From the NCBI RefSeq assembly GCF_009834535.1, contig NC_045696.1, positions 68,076,001-68,140,000 on the forward strand: DNA of 64,000 nt, given 5' to 3'. A model generated the notes under the pieces. The model was not told where the DNA came from. It ran no database searches and saw nothing but the letters and a program-made list of their open reading frames with translations. Shown here piece after piece: positions 12,241 through 24,581 of this stretch (its first letter is position 1; each line of letters begins with the position of its first letter). The stretch is from Camelus ferus. Its lineage: Eukaryota. The translations under genes and the position numbers were made by a program.

Positions 12241-14430
12241 GATACAGGGTGGCCTCCCGAAGGCCAAGACTTGGTCTCAGTCACTGAAGAGAATCCATTT
12301 GAGAAATGGTTCTGAAGAACAGACAGTCTCCTCCTGGGAAGAGACAGAGAGGGAGCTATCCAGGGGGGAACGGGGAGGGACATTTACAGCAGGGAGCGTG
12401 TTGGCAAAGAACAGACAAGCTTGAGTGGCAGAGCAGAAGGAGATAGGACGAAAAAGTCACAGGTGATACAAGGAAAATGAGCCCAGTGGGAGGCGGGCGC
12501 AGGAGAACCCTGCCCCCTCCGTGTGCAGACGCAGAGCTCTGCTCAATGCCCACTTGCTCGTACTGCGGGGCTCAAAGATACACATCCGATCAAACAACCC
12601 AGACTGACCCCTGCGTATGCTGACTCAGCAGATGTTAACACAACACGTTTAGCTGAAAGGACCCTACGAGGACCCCTAACCTACACCTAACATTTCACAG
12701 ATGGAGAAACTGAGGCTCCAACAGGGAAAAACTCATGCCCGGAAATAGAACCCAGATCCTCCCACTCCTATGTGCTCCTTTCTGGACAGCTGTGGTTAAC
12801 AAGGAGGGCCCTGAAAGACGCCAGCCTGAGGGCAAATCCCCCCTGGTATGCCGGACCAGGCTTGTAGCACGTTCCATCTGCTGGTTGCTACTGGAGAGGA
12901 AAAAGTGGCAGCACTATTTTAAGTGAAGTAAATGACTTGTCAGGAAGAATGTAAAGGGTAGCTTGCCTCAGATGGAAAGGATGATACAGATGGATAAGAA
13001 TGAAAAATGCAGACACAGGTGACTCATCAGAATAAGGGGGCACTGGGATGAAGGCAAGGTGGAGAAAGCGGGCTGTGATGGGTAAGACCCACCAGAAAGA
13101 AGCCGTCCCCCAATGGGGCGGAGGCTCACTCTTCACAAGGCAGGGGGGCTCTCCCAGGTACAGCGTTGGGATGCTGCCCCACAGAAGTGATCACTTCTGC
13201 AGACGGGCAGTCCCTCAGCTGGAACAAGGCCGAAAGCAGAGGGTTCTGCACCAAGAAAGTCTGCCACTTCTTACTTCTCCAGATTTAAGCTATCACAAAA
13301 ATTGGTCTAAGTTGTGTCCATGTGTTGGAGTGTTTCAACCAAATCAGTCATGCCAGAATTTCACGGCTGTTCTGTCTGTTCCCGATGACTCTTCGACCAT
13401 CCTCCAGTCCTCTCCGCTTATAGAAGTCGTGTGTCTCTCAAGAGCCCAGCTCTCCTCCGTGAGGGAAGTCTGCCTGGATTTCACCCCTTCAACCCAAGCC
13501 AGAAATCCCTATGTCTCAAATCACCCACTTTTCCCACACATCTTTCACACGGAGTAGAACTTCCAACCCTGTACGTGTTATGAGGGTGCTTGCCTGCATT
13601 CCCCTCCTAGGCTTAAACGCTGAGACAGGATCTGTGGCCCACAGTGGCTTTTCCCAAAGCACGTTGAAACGCTAAGCCCAAGAAATGTCCTGATGGCGAG
13701 GAGGCAGGGAAGAAAAGGTTGGTGATGCAGAGATTCTGGGAGCAAACCTCTTAGGAGGTCAGACTGCACATTAATTTCCTCAAGACTTGGAAAAATCCCA
13801 CAGTAAAGATACCCATTTACTTTTGTTTAACCTGCCTAGACTTTTACAAACCTTCTTGACTACAAACCTTTCTCATAGAACACTAAGGGACTCAGTGCTC
13901 CTACAGCAGCGCCTTACGCAGGATTTCTCCTAGTGCACCTCTCATACCTCTCGAGTGTCTTCCTTAACAGCAAGGACCTCGTCCAAATCATCATGGTATC
14001 CCTGACACCCAGCAGAGTGCCTTACAAACTGGGGGCAAAAAATATGCGTTAAATGAATGCACTAAATCCAATCCTCTCATTTCTAAGATAAGAAAATAAA
14101 ACCAACTGTGTCAACATGACCTCCTCTATATCTTCCTAAGTGTTTCAAAGAATGTCTTACACAGAAAATGTGCTCAGTAATAATTCTTAAAGAATGGAAT
14201 GGGATACAATGGGATGGAATGGAACAGAAAAATTTCTCAGCTACGCTCCAAGCCAGAAGTTCCCATAACACAATGGACTCGTACCTCTTCCCCTCCTCCT
14301 CCTCCACCCAAGTTGGGTGTCAACCAGAGAAAATGAAGATGAGAAATGAGAAGAGGAAAGCCATGGGAAAACCAAAGTCCCTTTGGGGTGGGAGGTGGGG
14401 AAATGGTGTTTGCAAATTGATGGGGATAAA

Positions 14431-14690
14431 NNNNNNNNNNNNNNNNNNNNNNNNNNNNNNNNNNNNNNNNNNNNNNNNNNNNNNNNNNNNNNNNNNNNNN
14501 NNNNNNNNNNNNNNNNNNNNNNNNNNNNNNNNNNNNNNNNNNNNNNNNNNNNNNNNNNNNNNNNNNNNNNNNNNNNNNNNNNNNNNNNNNNNNNNNNNNN
14601 NNNNNNNNNNNNNNNNNNNNNNNNNNNNNNNNNNNNNNNNNNNNNNNNNNNNNNNNNNNNNNNNNNNNNNNNNNNNNNNNNNNNNNNNNN
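14431..14690. other. Assembly gap (260 N)
   Basis: N run. Confidence 1.
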
Positions 14691-15954
14691 TTATTTGATA
14701 GAGAAATGTGTCATCTGTTCTTCCCATCTACCAAAAACATGTCCACAAAGCTTCATATCTGGTCTAAACGGCTTAGATGGTGTAATTTTGTTTTCTAGTC
14801 CTATTTTAATAATCAGTTCATTCATTTAAGAATGAATGTAAATGGTAGAGGCAAAGAGGTCCAGGAAGGAGTTACAAATGAGATTGAAGAACCAAGGGAT
14901 CATATTTTCTAAACCAAAAATCAGGACTCTGCTTTCTCCATGTAGATACAGGTTGGAGATGTTGTTTAGATATCACAACTCTGCAACTTCCAGGATGTTT
15001 CCATGGTTTAAAAGGCTACAGATAAAAACATATGAAATCACAATTACTATTCAAATAAATGGCTGGCTCTGCTACTGAACAAACTGAATGACTTTGGCAA
15101 TTAACCTCTTTCTTCTAGATCTCAGCCACCCCATATATTAAACATATTAAATGAGGAGTAAGATCACTGACTTTATTCATTTATTTTTTTCTTTGTAATA
15201 TGCATAGCCCCTGGAAGTGCCTGGCACATAGTAGGTGCTCAGTTAACACTGACTGAATGAATGAAGGAATATATATAAACTCAAGTTTATGCAACTCAAA
15301 ACTGAACATGTTTATCCCGTGCATACAAACCTTCCCCAGCCCAGACCAGTTTTAAATATTGCCATGTGACATTTCACACAAAGGGAAACACAAACTCTAA
15401 ATCACTACATGGGAAATTTTTTTAGTGATTAAAGGAATGTAAATTGAAACAATAATGAAATATGATTTCCTACATATTTACTTAGCAAAGACAAATGCAA
15501 GTTGTAAAAGTAAATCCTGGGGAAGATGTGGAGTAACAAAGTAGATTCACACACTGCTAATGACTCTGCAATTAGAATAGTCTTTCTGGAGGCTGAATAG
15601 TAACTGGTATGAAAAGTAATAGAGCTATTCAGTATTTTGTGCCTACGATTCTCCTTTGAAAGAACTTAGAACTTACTTCACCAGCTGATAAACATTTATT
15701 TAAGGTCTACCTGCTATGCCATACTCTACGGGGAAATACAAGGGAAAAGATCTTGGTGGTCTTATCATCTGGTGTGTGACAGAGAGCAAAATAAGACATG
15801 CAGCAGGCTTCAATACCTTCCTACAATGACCACAGAATACTTTCCACAACCACATTACATGGAAGGCAATATTATCCCCTTTCACAGATGAGGAATTGGA
15901 GGTTTAGAGAGGCTAAGTAATCAGTTCAAGTTACATGACTATGAAGAGGCAGTG

Positions 15955-16651
15955 TCTGGTGCAACCACTATGGAAAACATGTATGGAAAACAGTACGGAG
16001 ATTCCTTAAAAAACTAAAAATAGACTTACCGTGTGTTCCAGCAATCCCACTCTTGGGCATATATCCAGAGAAGACTCTAATTTGAAAAGATACATGCACC
16101 CCAATGTTCACAGCAGCACTATTTACAGTAGTCAAGACATGAAAGCAACCTAGATGTACATCGAAAGATGGTTGGATAAAGAAGCTGTGGTATATTTATA
16201 GAATGGAATACTACTCAGCCATAAAAAAGAATGAAATAATGTCACCTGTAGCAATATGGATGGATCAAGAGATTATCATATTAAGTGAAGTCAGATAAAG
16301 ATAAATATCATATGATATCACTTATATGTGGAATCTAAAAAAAATAGCACAAGTGAACTTATTTATAAAACAGAAACAACAGAAATAGACTCACAGACAC
16401 AGAAAACAAACTTATGGTTACCAAAAGGGAAGGGGAGAGGGATGAATTAGGAGTTTGGGATTTGCAGGTACTAACTACTATATATGAAATAAATAAAAAA
16501 CAAGATCCTACTGTATAGCACAGGGAACTACATTCAATAGCTTGTAATAACCCATGATGAAAAAGAATACATATGTATAACTGAATCACTATGCTGTACA
16601 CCAGAAACTAATGCAACATTATAAATCAACCATACTTCAATTAAAAAAAAA
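15955..16651 (+). mobile_element. L1 ORF2 3' end + 3'UTR inserted into a MIR
   Basis: cagcaatcccactcttgggcatatatccagag, aaaagatacatgcaccccaatgttcacagcagcactatttac, then poly(A). TSD AAGAGGCAGTG (15944-15954) / AAGAAGCAGTG (16652-16662). MIR sequence lies on both sides. Confidence 0.92.
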
Positions 16652-17948
16652 AAGAAGCAGTGCCATGATTTGAACCCAAAACTGTCTTGACTCCTCAGCC
16701 ATATATGCATTTTCTACTACATCCCCGAGGAGATAAGATACACAGTCACATAACCACATAACACAAGGGATAAAATGGTAACCACTGTCAGGGAAAGTGG
16801 AAGTGCCAAAGAAATTATTGTCTTCAGAAAATAATTTAGTAGGAAGTAAAAGCTATTTGTCCACTAATGTTTAGGCTGCATGTTTAACATACTTAATTGC
16901 ATTTAATTTCTTTTAAAACTGAAAACTATCCAAGTGCCCACATAGGTAATGTGGAAAGCAGGATTTGTCCATTTCAACAACTCCTTAGTTATGTAAAAGA
17001 TAAATCTAAAGCCCAGGCAAAAAAAAAAAAAAAAAAAAAGAGCTTTTCTTATAATAATACTAAGTGGAAGGAAACACTGCACACATACAAAGAAGTGGAC
17101 ATGCACTTGATCAGGGTTATGGTCTCCTAAGAGATTAGAGAGCAGAATTCAGGTAAAAGAGTTTTGGTGGGAGTCTTTTTTGATGTGTGTTTTTTTTTTA
17201 ATGAAGTTGAGTAAATGTATTCTAAATGAGTTCTTTCTCATTGTCTTTTGATTAATGTTTAAAGGAGCTCAATTAGGCTTTTCTATTACTAAAGCTTCTC
17301 TTAAAACTCAAGTTGTCATTTATTACCTCATTCACATTATTCATTTGTATGTTCATTCAACAAACATTTGTTAAATTCTCATCACATATCAGGATCCACA
17401 ATGGATTTAAGGATATGAATATGAACAAAAGCTAGAGCCTGTCCCAGGAATCTGCACAGGCTGGGACTAGGAGGACTTTGAAACTGTGCTAATAGAAAAC
17501 GCAAGTTGAAGGCATGGTTCAGCATCCAGCTAGCTTGGGCCCTGGGCAAGTCACTTCATTCATCTCAGCCTAATGTTCCTGATCAGTAAAAACTGGACGA
17601 GAATAATAACTACTCACAGAGCTCTTGTGAGGATTTACCTGTAACTGGTAGGAAAACACATGACTAACTGTAAAGCACTATAAAAATGGTGACTGGTTTA
17701 AAAGCGTCATAACTACATATATGGAATTCCATAACTATATGGTTGATCAGGATCATGCAGGCTGGCCTAGGCCACAAAGATCTCCCCGGTATTAACTCAC
17801 TGGCACCGTCGCTACTCTGCATGAGCTATAGCCACCATTCTTAGCACCTGATCACTCATTTTTAACTCTTTCTGACTTTTGTCCAACTTGACTAAAATGA
17901 CCCTGAGGAGCCACATGGATAGAAGAATCTCAGGGAAGACTGTTGGAT

Positions 17949-17997
17949 AGGAAGGGAGGGAGGGAGGGAGGAAGGGAGGAAGGAAGGAAGGAAGGGA
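17949..17997. repeat. Polypurine (GGGA/GGAA)n tract
   Basis: Pure purine run. Confidence 0.9.
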
Positions 17998-18429
17998 TAA
18001 AAAAGAGGGTAAAAAGACCTCAAAGACATTCTAGACCAAGTCTTTGACCAGTGCCTGAATTTTCACTATAACATTCCCACCAGCCACTGCTTGAATATCT
18101 CCAGTGATTAGAGATTCAATAACTCTCGGCCAATTCCACTCAGAATTAAGAGATTCCATGAAATTCTTAAAAGATACAAAGTAACGGAGATCATCCTCTT
18201 GTCAAACAGCAATTTCAACAACTAAGCACTTGTCACCCTTCTAAAGACACTGGGCAGAGGATGGATCACCTCGGGATATGCTGGACCTGGAGCTGTGGAC
18301 TGTGCGTTCTCAGGGCCTGGGTTTCCTCTTGTTTAAATGAGGAGATTGGGTGACCTCTATTCTACCTGTGAACTGTCCGTCCTATCCATCTCCTCAGCTC
18401 AAATTCAGCTTCCACTTACTTTGTGGCTG

Positions 18430-18960
18430 GACGATTGCAGGACATCTCACCATCTCCAGTCCCCACCCCCTCCAATCCACCCAGCACTTTCCTAAGGCTC
18501 AGATCCAACCACCTCACTTCCCTAGCTGATGCCCCTTTCAGAGCACAGTCTCACCTCCTCAGTCAGGATTCAAGACCTTTCTCAATCTCAGCCCCAACCC
18601 CCCCTGGCTCCCTCAGCTCCACAGCCTCTCTAGTCTGCGGTCTGTCCCCAGTGACTCCATTTTTCCAAGGCCCCAAGCACTTCCTCACCTCCATGTCCCT
18701 GTTCATGTTATTTCCTTTGTTCAGTTACTCCCTCCTCCTCTAGCCCACCAGACAAATCCCCACTCATCCTACCGGGTCCAATCAAATGACAGTCTTCTTA
18801 CCTGCAAAGTTTCCCCCAGGTCCCTGGAGTTAGTCACTGTTCAATTAGAGTCACCAGGCATTTTTGGCACATAAATACTTTTACATACTCTCTTGATTAT
18901 TTAAATGACCTCTGGAGGCAGAGATCACACAGCAGTCATGTTTCCATCCCCTAAACCCAG
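18430..18960 (+). mobile_element. L2 fragment
   Basis: Pyrimidine-rich degenerate L2 3' region. Similar fragments lie at ~22480-23000, 25240-25600, 31690-32130, 58400-59160 (+) and ~8830-9240, 37000-37420, 53690-54130, 63290-63520 (-). Confidence 0.6.
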
Positions 18961-19499
18961 ACTAGAGTTTCAGTCAGTCATTCACTGGTACACCTAGCAC
19001 CTGGTGTCATGTGAATGAAGACACAAATGTATCAAACCAGTGGACAGATGTAGCCTTAGGGCCTGTCCAGCTGTCATTACTAGAACACTCATAGTCTACA
19101 AGTGAAGCTAGTGTAGCCAAGAAGAGAACTCCCGGTTGAAAACGACCAGACTACTGGAAAGCTGACCCGCCTTTCACCTCATTCTAAGAAAATGTGCCGC
19201 TCATTCTCTAGGTCACTGCAGAGTTTGCTTTTCCCATGAGTCAGGGCACACACCCCGCCCTCTGGGTAGCAACTCCCCAGTGCAGTTCCTGAAAATGATT
19301 CCTTTTCATACCAAACAAAACAGAAGCTCAGGTGCCAATTAAGATTTTTTTTTCTTCCTGGGAACTAAACAAGAATCATCTTCTTTGGAAACTCAGTAGG
19401 AAGAGTAAATACAGGTTAGTCTAGTGACCTTTTTGGCACAGTACCTGGCACCACACGGGGCTTCCACAGTTACAGTTTGAGATCTTTATCAAGATGGTC

Positions 19500-19610
19500 A
19501 ATATGAAAAAGAATGTATGTATGTATGTATGTGCATGACTGGGACATTGTGCTGTACCAGAGATTGACACATTGTAACTGACTGTACTTCAGTAAAAAAA
19601 AAAAAAAAAA
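19500..19610 (+). mobile_element. Very short young camelid-type L1 3' end
   Basis: gaatgtatgtatg...gactgggacattgtgctgtaccagagattgacacattgtaactgactgtacttc followed by A17. Same tail type as the 50.2-50.3 kb L1. Confidence 0.8.
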
Positions 19611-19989
19611 GATGGGCCACTGAATGGAAAATAATAGATTTAAAAACCCAGCTAAAATACCCATCCTGGACGAAGCCGTTCTGTCCTTCAGTATGTAACC
19701 CAAGGCCCAGCCCTTGCATCAAGCTCGTGCGCACGTTCCAGGGGACTCACACACTCCGTTAAGTCCTCCGCCTGTACCGCTCCTGAGGCACCATCTTACA
19801 TTCTAAAGGGTATTAACAGCCCTAATGAACTCTAACTGCTGACAAGCTAGACATCCTCAAACTGTACCTTGATAAAAGTAGTCCACTGAACAGATATTTC
19901 TTGAGCACTTAGCATCTCCTCAAACAAAAACAATGGATATTTGCTGATTCTCCTGCAGGCCTGGCCTTGTGCGTATCACTTTTACTTAC

Positions 19990-20037
19990 ACATGAGGTGT
20001 CCCGCAATACTGATGAGTAGGGGGACTCAGAACACCT
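19990..20037 (-). other. Candidate 48-nt exon
   Basis: ccctttccttctcag|AGG...TCATGT|gtaagt. Confidence 0.25.
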
Positions 20038-21325
20038 CTGAGAAGGAAAGGGGACATTGTTAATACTACACCAGGACACAGGCATAAACCAGGGAGGGCT
20101 GTCCTGGGCAAATCCGAGTCTGGTTCCTCGACCTCTGAAGCAAGAACTGTTGCCACAGCCATTTTTACAGACAAGGAAACAGGCTGACATTAAGGGCAGA
20201 ATTCCCTTAACACCCAAAAAGCAGTTTCCTAAAAATGCCAGGGAACTCGCACTACATCCACCCACGGCCATCTTCTCCGCGTGGGGCAGGTACCTCTGCC
20301 TCTTGAAGCCGTCTGCTGTGAGCCGCTGAGCTGCTGGCTGGTGGCCTGAGTGACTAAGGAGTGCTGACAACTGCTATGGTGGGAAAAGTGCTTATCCTGG
20401 GGGTGGAATGAGGCCAACACACACTTCTCAAAGGTCAGTGAAATAACCCTGGCCTTTCCTGATCCTCCTGCTGACCTGCCCCAGGAAAGGTCCCCATTCA
20501 AGTTTCTGAGGAAGGCCTGGACCCACCCCTCCACATCAGCTTCCCATGTGAACTTCAGGGGGCTGTCATGTGAGGCCAGGACAGAAGCCGTCACTGCAGT
20601 AGAAGCAAAACACAAACACACACAAACAAAACCCGGGAGAGGGGGGCAGTCACAACGGAAGGAGGGACACTGCACAGCCATTCACTGGTGACAGCCCACC
20701 TCTCTGCACTGCCTGGAAATGCCTGCAAACATCTGCGGCACTCAGCCCACTTGGCAGAGTGACTATTCTCAACAATGGTGCCCTCGTGAATCAGATGTCT
20801 AACAATGAGGAAGTCGGGAAATCAATCGCCCTGACCACCCCAGGGAGCACCCTCCATTAAGCAGCAGAGCTAAGACTTGAACTTGGGGCTGCCTGGGTCT
20901 ACATCACGCAATTTTTTCCAGTAGGACACGGTGCCATGCCTGTGGTCCAGACAACGTGCTAGGCACCTTGAATTGGCCACACAGACCCACCACACAGCCA
21001 CGTGACACACCTGATGACCCTTTACAAAGCATCCTCATGGAAATGTCTGGTTCTCACAAACACATGGGGCTAGAGCATATGATCTCTATATGAAGGTAAA
21101 CTGAGACTCAGGAATATTCTGGATTGCTTCAGATCACAGGGCTAGTGGGTGGCTCAATCCCAGGTCTGTTTTCTTACACCAAAAACCAAGCTGGTGATGG
21201 TACTGCTGAAATGATAACATCTGACATCCAGACCCTCAACGCCCTAGGGTCTTCACCCTGAAGTCCCAGACACAGGCAGCTAATGCTACTAATTAGCACA
21301 CCATGCAGTAAGAACAGTTTCTCAC

Positions 21326-21375
21326 CTGCGTAGAGGGCTTGCTAAGGACTTTCCCATCAGTTATCTCCTGCTCAC
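21326..21375 (-). other. Candidate 50-nt exon / recursive-splicing RS-exon
   Basis: Acceptor ccctgccccttccttctcttctgcag|GTGAGC and downstream donor ACGCAG|gtgaga. Confidence 0.4.
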
Positions 21376-24300
21376 CTGCAGAAGAGAAGGAAGGGGCAGG
21401 GCAGGCACGCTGGAGCCGGGAATCTGATTCTCACTCCGCCACTTCAGGCTGAGCACCCCACGGGAACTCTGTCCCACACTCTGCGAGACAAGGACGATCC
21501 TGCCGACCCATCTCTTGGATGGCAGTTGGGAGCTAAGTAATAAAAACGACTGTAAAAACGTGCTGTGAAGGCTGTGAAATGCTAAAGGGTCCTGTGAGAC
21601 GGGTTGTGAAGGGCAGGTTTAAGACGGAAAAGAAAAACAGCAGGATCTACCCCATGATCTAACACTGGCAGCCTGCAAGCATGTAGGCAAGCACAGATAA
21701 GTAAACAGAAAGGGAAATGGGGGTGGGGGCTGTCACAGACAAGAAACCTTGAAGTCATCGAGTCAGAAGCTTGGTTCTTGCAAACATGCGACAGGTATAA
21801 ATGGCTATAAGACCCCTAACCACATGCTCATTCGCACTGAACCTTCTTAATCATTTTGTTGCAAAGTGCAAAGCACAAGGTTCAAGCCCAGTAACAGTGA
21901 TCTCCAAGTTCCATCCCCTCCCAAATTCTCCCAAGCAAAGCCCCCCGGGGAGGGGGTGGGGTGGCGGTGGGGTGGGGAAGGAATGCGCAGGCTAGGCTCA
22001 GCAGAAACTGAATCAAAAACACCCTTAAAAGAGGGCAGGAAAGGGAGTAAGGGCCACGCCCAACTCCAGCTCAGCTGACAAGGGTGTGACTGAGCACTTC
22101 GGTCCGTTCCCTGGGGCCTCGGTTTCCCCACCAGCACAAGGAGGGATCGGGTATCTCTGGTCACCAAGGTCCCAGCCCACACTTCAGAGGCATGAACTGG
22201 CTGCCAGCTGCTGCTTCTACTGCCTACAAGCTTTGGGGTCCCTAAAACAGTTTTTCCAGTCTAGGCTGAAAAACTGGCAAACATTTAGAAGGACAAGAAT
22301 AGGAACTAAGCTGCTTGATAAGATTCTAACAGCAAACAACTTTTTCCCTCTCTACTCTGCTGACGCGGTACAGGCCCAGTATTTCCTGCCCTGGAACACT
22401 TCAGCAGCCTCCTAAGCCGGGTCCCTGCCTCTGGCCTTGACCTGCTATCACTCTGCCACTGGAGTTCTGTGAAACACAGATCCAACGACACCCTCCTTTG
22501 CTCAAAAAGTAACCAAAGCCCTCCTGCCCCAACTCCCACCACCACTGCCATCATCCCTAGCTCCTCCTGCCAGCCCCTGACCATCTAATCCCTGCCAGCC
22601 CCATCTTTCTCAGTGATTCCCAAACAGCCCCACTAAACACTCTTGAGCCTCAGGCCTGTGCATATATGAAGGTCTCTCTGCCTAGAAAGCTCTTCTACTT
22701 CTGTCCACCATATATACGAACTCCTACTCACTCTTCAAAACCCAACCCAATGTCTTCTCCATAAGCATTTCTGCCTATCCTTCCAGGTGGTTGGTTAGTC
22801 ACTCCTTTCTTAGGTGCTCCCGTTAGCTCTTTGTTCACCACTCTAGTAGAGCTTTCCCATGTTCTATTTCAGTCTCTCTCCAATGCTGGAATGAAGATCC
22901 TTGAAGACACAGCCTTAGCTGTCCTTGAAAGATGAGTTTCCAGCATTTCTGTCCAGCATGTGGTAATCACTCAGGACCTAAAATGATGTGCTGAGCTGAA
23001 TACAAGAGCCTGAGGCATGTGTGATCACACACTCGTATGTGGGTTAGAAGAGGGCCAGAAGCCTGAGATTGCTTTCATGGCACAACATGTGTTTTGGCCT
23101 TGAACTCAAAAAAAAGTCATAGGTATACCACAGGCAGAGATGTTTGGAGCTCCAGGTAGAGAAAACAGCATAAGCAAAGGCATGGACAAGAAAGCAGAGG
23201 AATGTTCAAGGACAACACGACCACCAGGCTGTGAGGGAAAGGGGAAAGTAGTTTCAACTACAGTTACTCTTGGCATAGCTAGCTTACACACTCAGTCTAC
23301 ACTCCTGTCGCCTACGCTAGACTCTGAGGGTGGGACTGCCCAGCACCACCTGTGGCAGCTACACAGCATAGGAGGGTCTCAATCCAGTCCTGGGACCCCA
23401 CAGGCCGAAGTTTCTGGGTCAGTAAAAAGTTTCTCTCCCCCATCATCACTATCTTGCGGTTGCAGTAAACTAAGTCAGTCCCTTTCTTCACCTAACAAAT
23501 ATTTCCAGAATGCCTATCATGTGCCAGGCACTCCTCCAGGTCCTGGGAATGTGGCCATTAACAAAGTAGGTATCCTTGCCATCCTCGTGAAGCTTAAGTG
23601 GGGGACAGACAAAGTCTAGCAAATATATATGGTTAAGTGGTGATCTGAGCTTACAACTGCAGCAGTAGACCTTGCACGTTCATTTAACTGGCACTCACTG
23701 AACACCTTCAGGACATCAGAGAAGAGAGAGATTCAAAGAAGAGAAAGCCAAGGCCTTATTTGCTTTGCTGGGTGCCATTCCTAGGGTCTGTCTCCTTTCA
23801 CTGACAACGTTTTATCTGTGAGTCATGGAAATGCCAATGACCCACCTGAGGTGGGTAGTCACAGGAAGGACCTGAGTTGATCCCTCAGAGTCCTGAACCA
23901 GAAAGCCTTCTTAGAGGAAGGGGTCTGCCTGACCAAGGGATGAGCAGAACCCAACAGGAGCTACTGGGCTCAACTCCAGAGAATTTTGTCCCAGGAGCCA
24001 TAGATCAAGGGCAATGACTGAGATCTAGACCCTCCATCACTTCCCTCAACTGCCTCTATATGGGGTACATCAAATCCTTATCACTCCAGTAGACTGGGGA
24101 GGTGGCAATGCTGGGGCAACGGGGCAGAATTTTGCTAGAAAAGCTCTGTTCTCTCCAGTTACCTATGCAGACAGAAGACACCCAAAGGGTAGAGGGAATG
24201 GTAGCATCTCAAGAGAGAAGGGGTCAGGGCAACAGCAGTAAGGAACTGAGAAGCCTGCTCGCCCATGTAAACCCTTGACTTGACTATGATCCCGCTGGGA

Positions 24301-24557
24301 CCCAGTCAAGGTGCACTGAATTAAATTCCAAGGAAGAACACTGAAAGACAGTGTTGATTTGCACTTTTCATTCTGTGAGCCCAGAAAAGAGCGATAGACT
24401 ACAGATCAGGCAAAGGTTCGAAACTCAGCCATTTCATTTAATAGGTGTGCAACCTTATTTAACGAAACTCATTTTCTCATCTGCAAAATGAGACTGATAA
24501 TCACAAAACCTACTTGAATGAATCAGTAAGAGAATTATATAAGTGCATGGTGTCAAA

Positions 24558-24581
24558 ATTATTATTATTATTATTATTATT
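24558..24581. repeat. (ATT)8 microsatellite
   Basis: attattattattattattattatt. Confidence 0.95.

Noticed and set aside
9811-14829. ORFs spanning N gaps (112-176 aa with X runs)
   Set aside because: Artefacts of translating through Ns.
17720-17733. Perfect 14-bp palindrome TATGGAATTCCATA within a small imperfect tandem duplication
   Set aside because: About four such palindromes are expected per 64 kb by chance, and there is no other support.
20229-20681. 150-aa minus ORF with a PH-domain-sounding stretch (WEADVEGWVQAF) after a good acceptor at ~20587
   Set aside because: The resemblance is only a few residues, the rest is not domain-like, and the downstream donor is weak.
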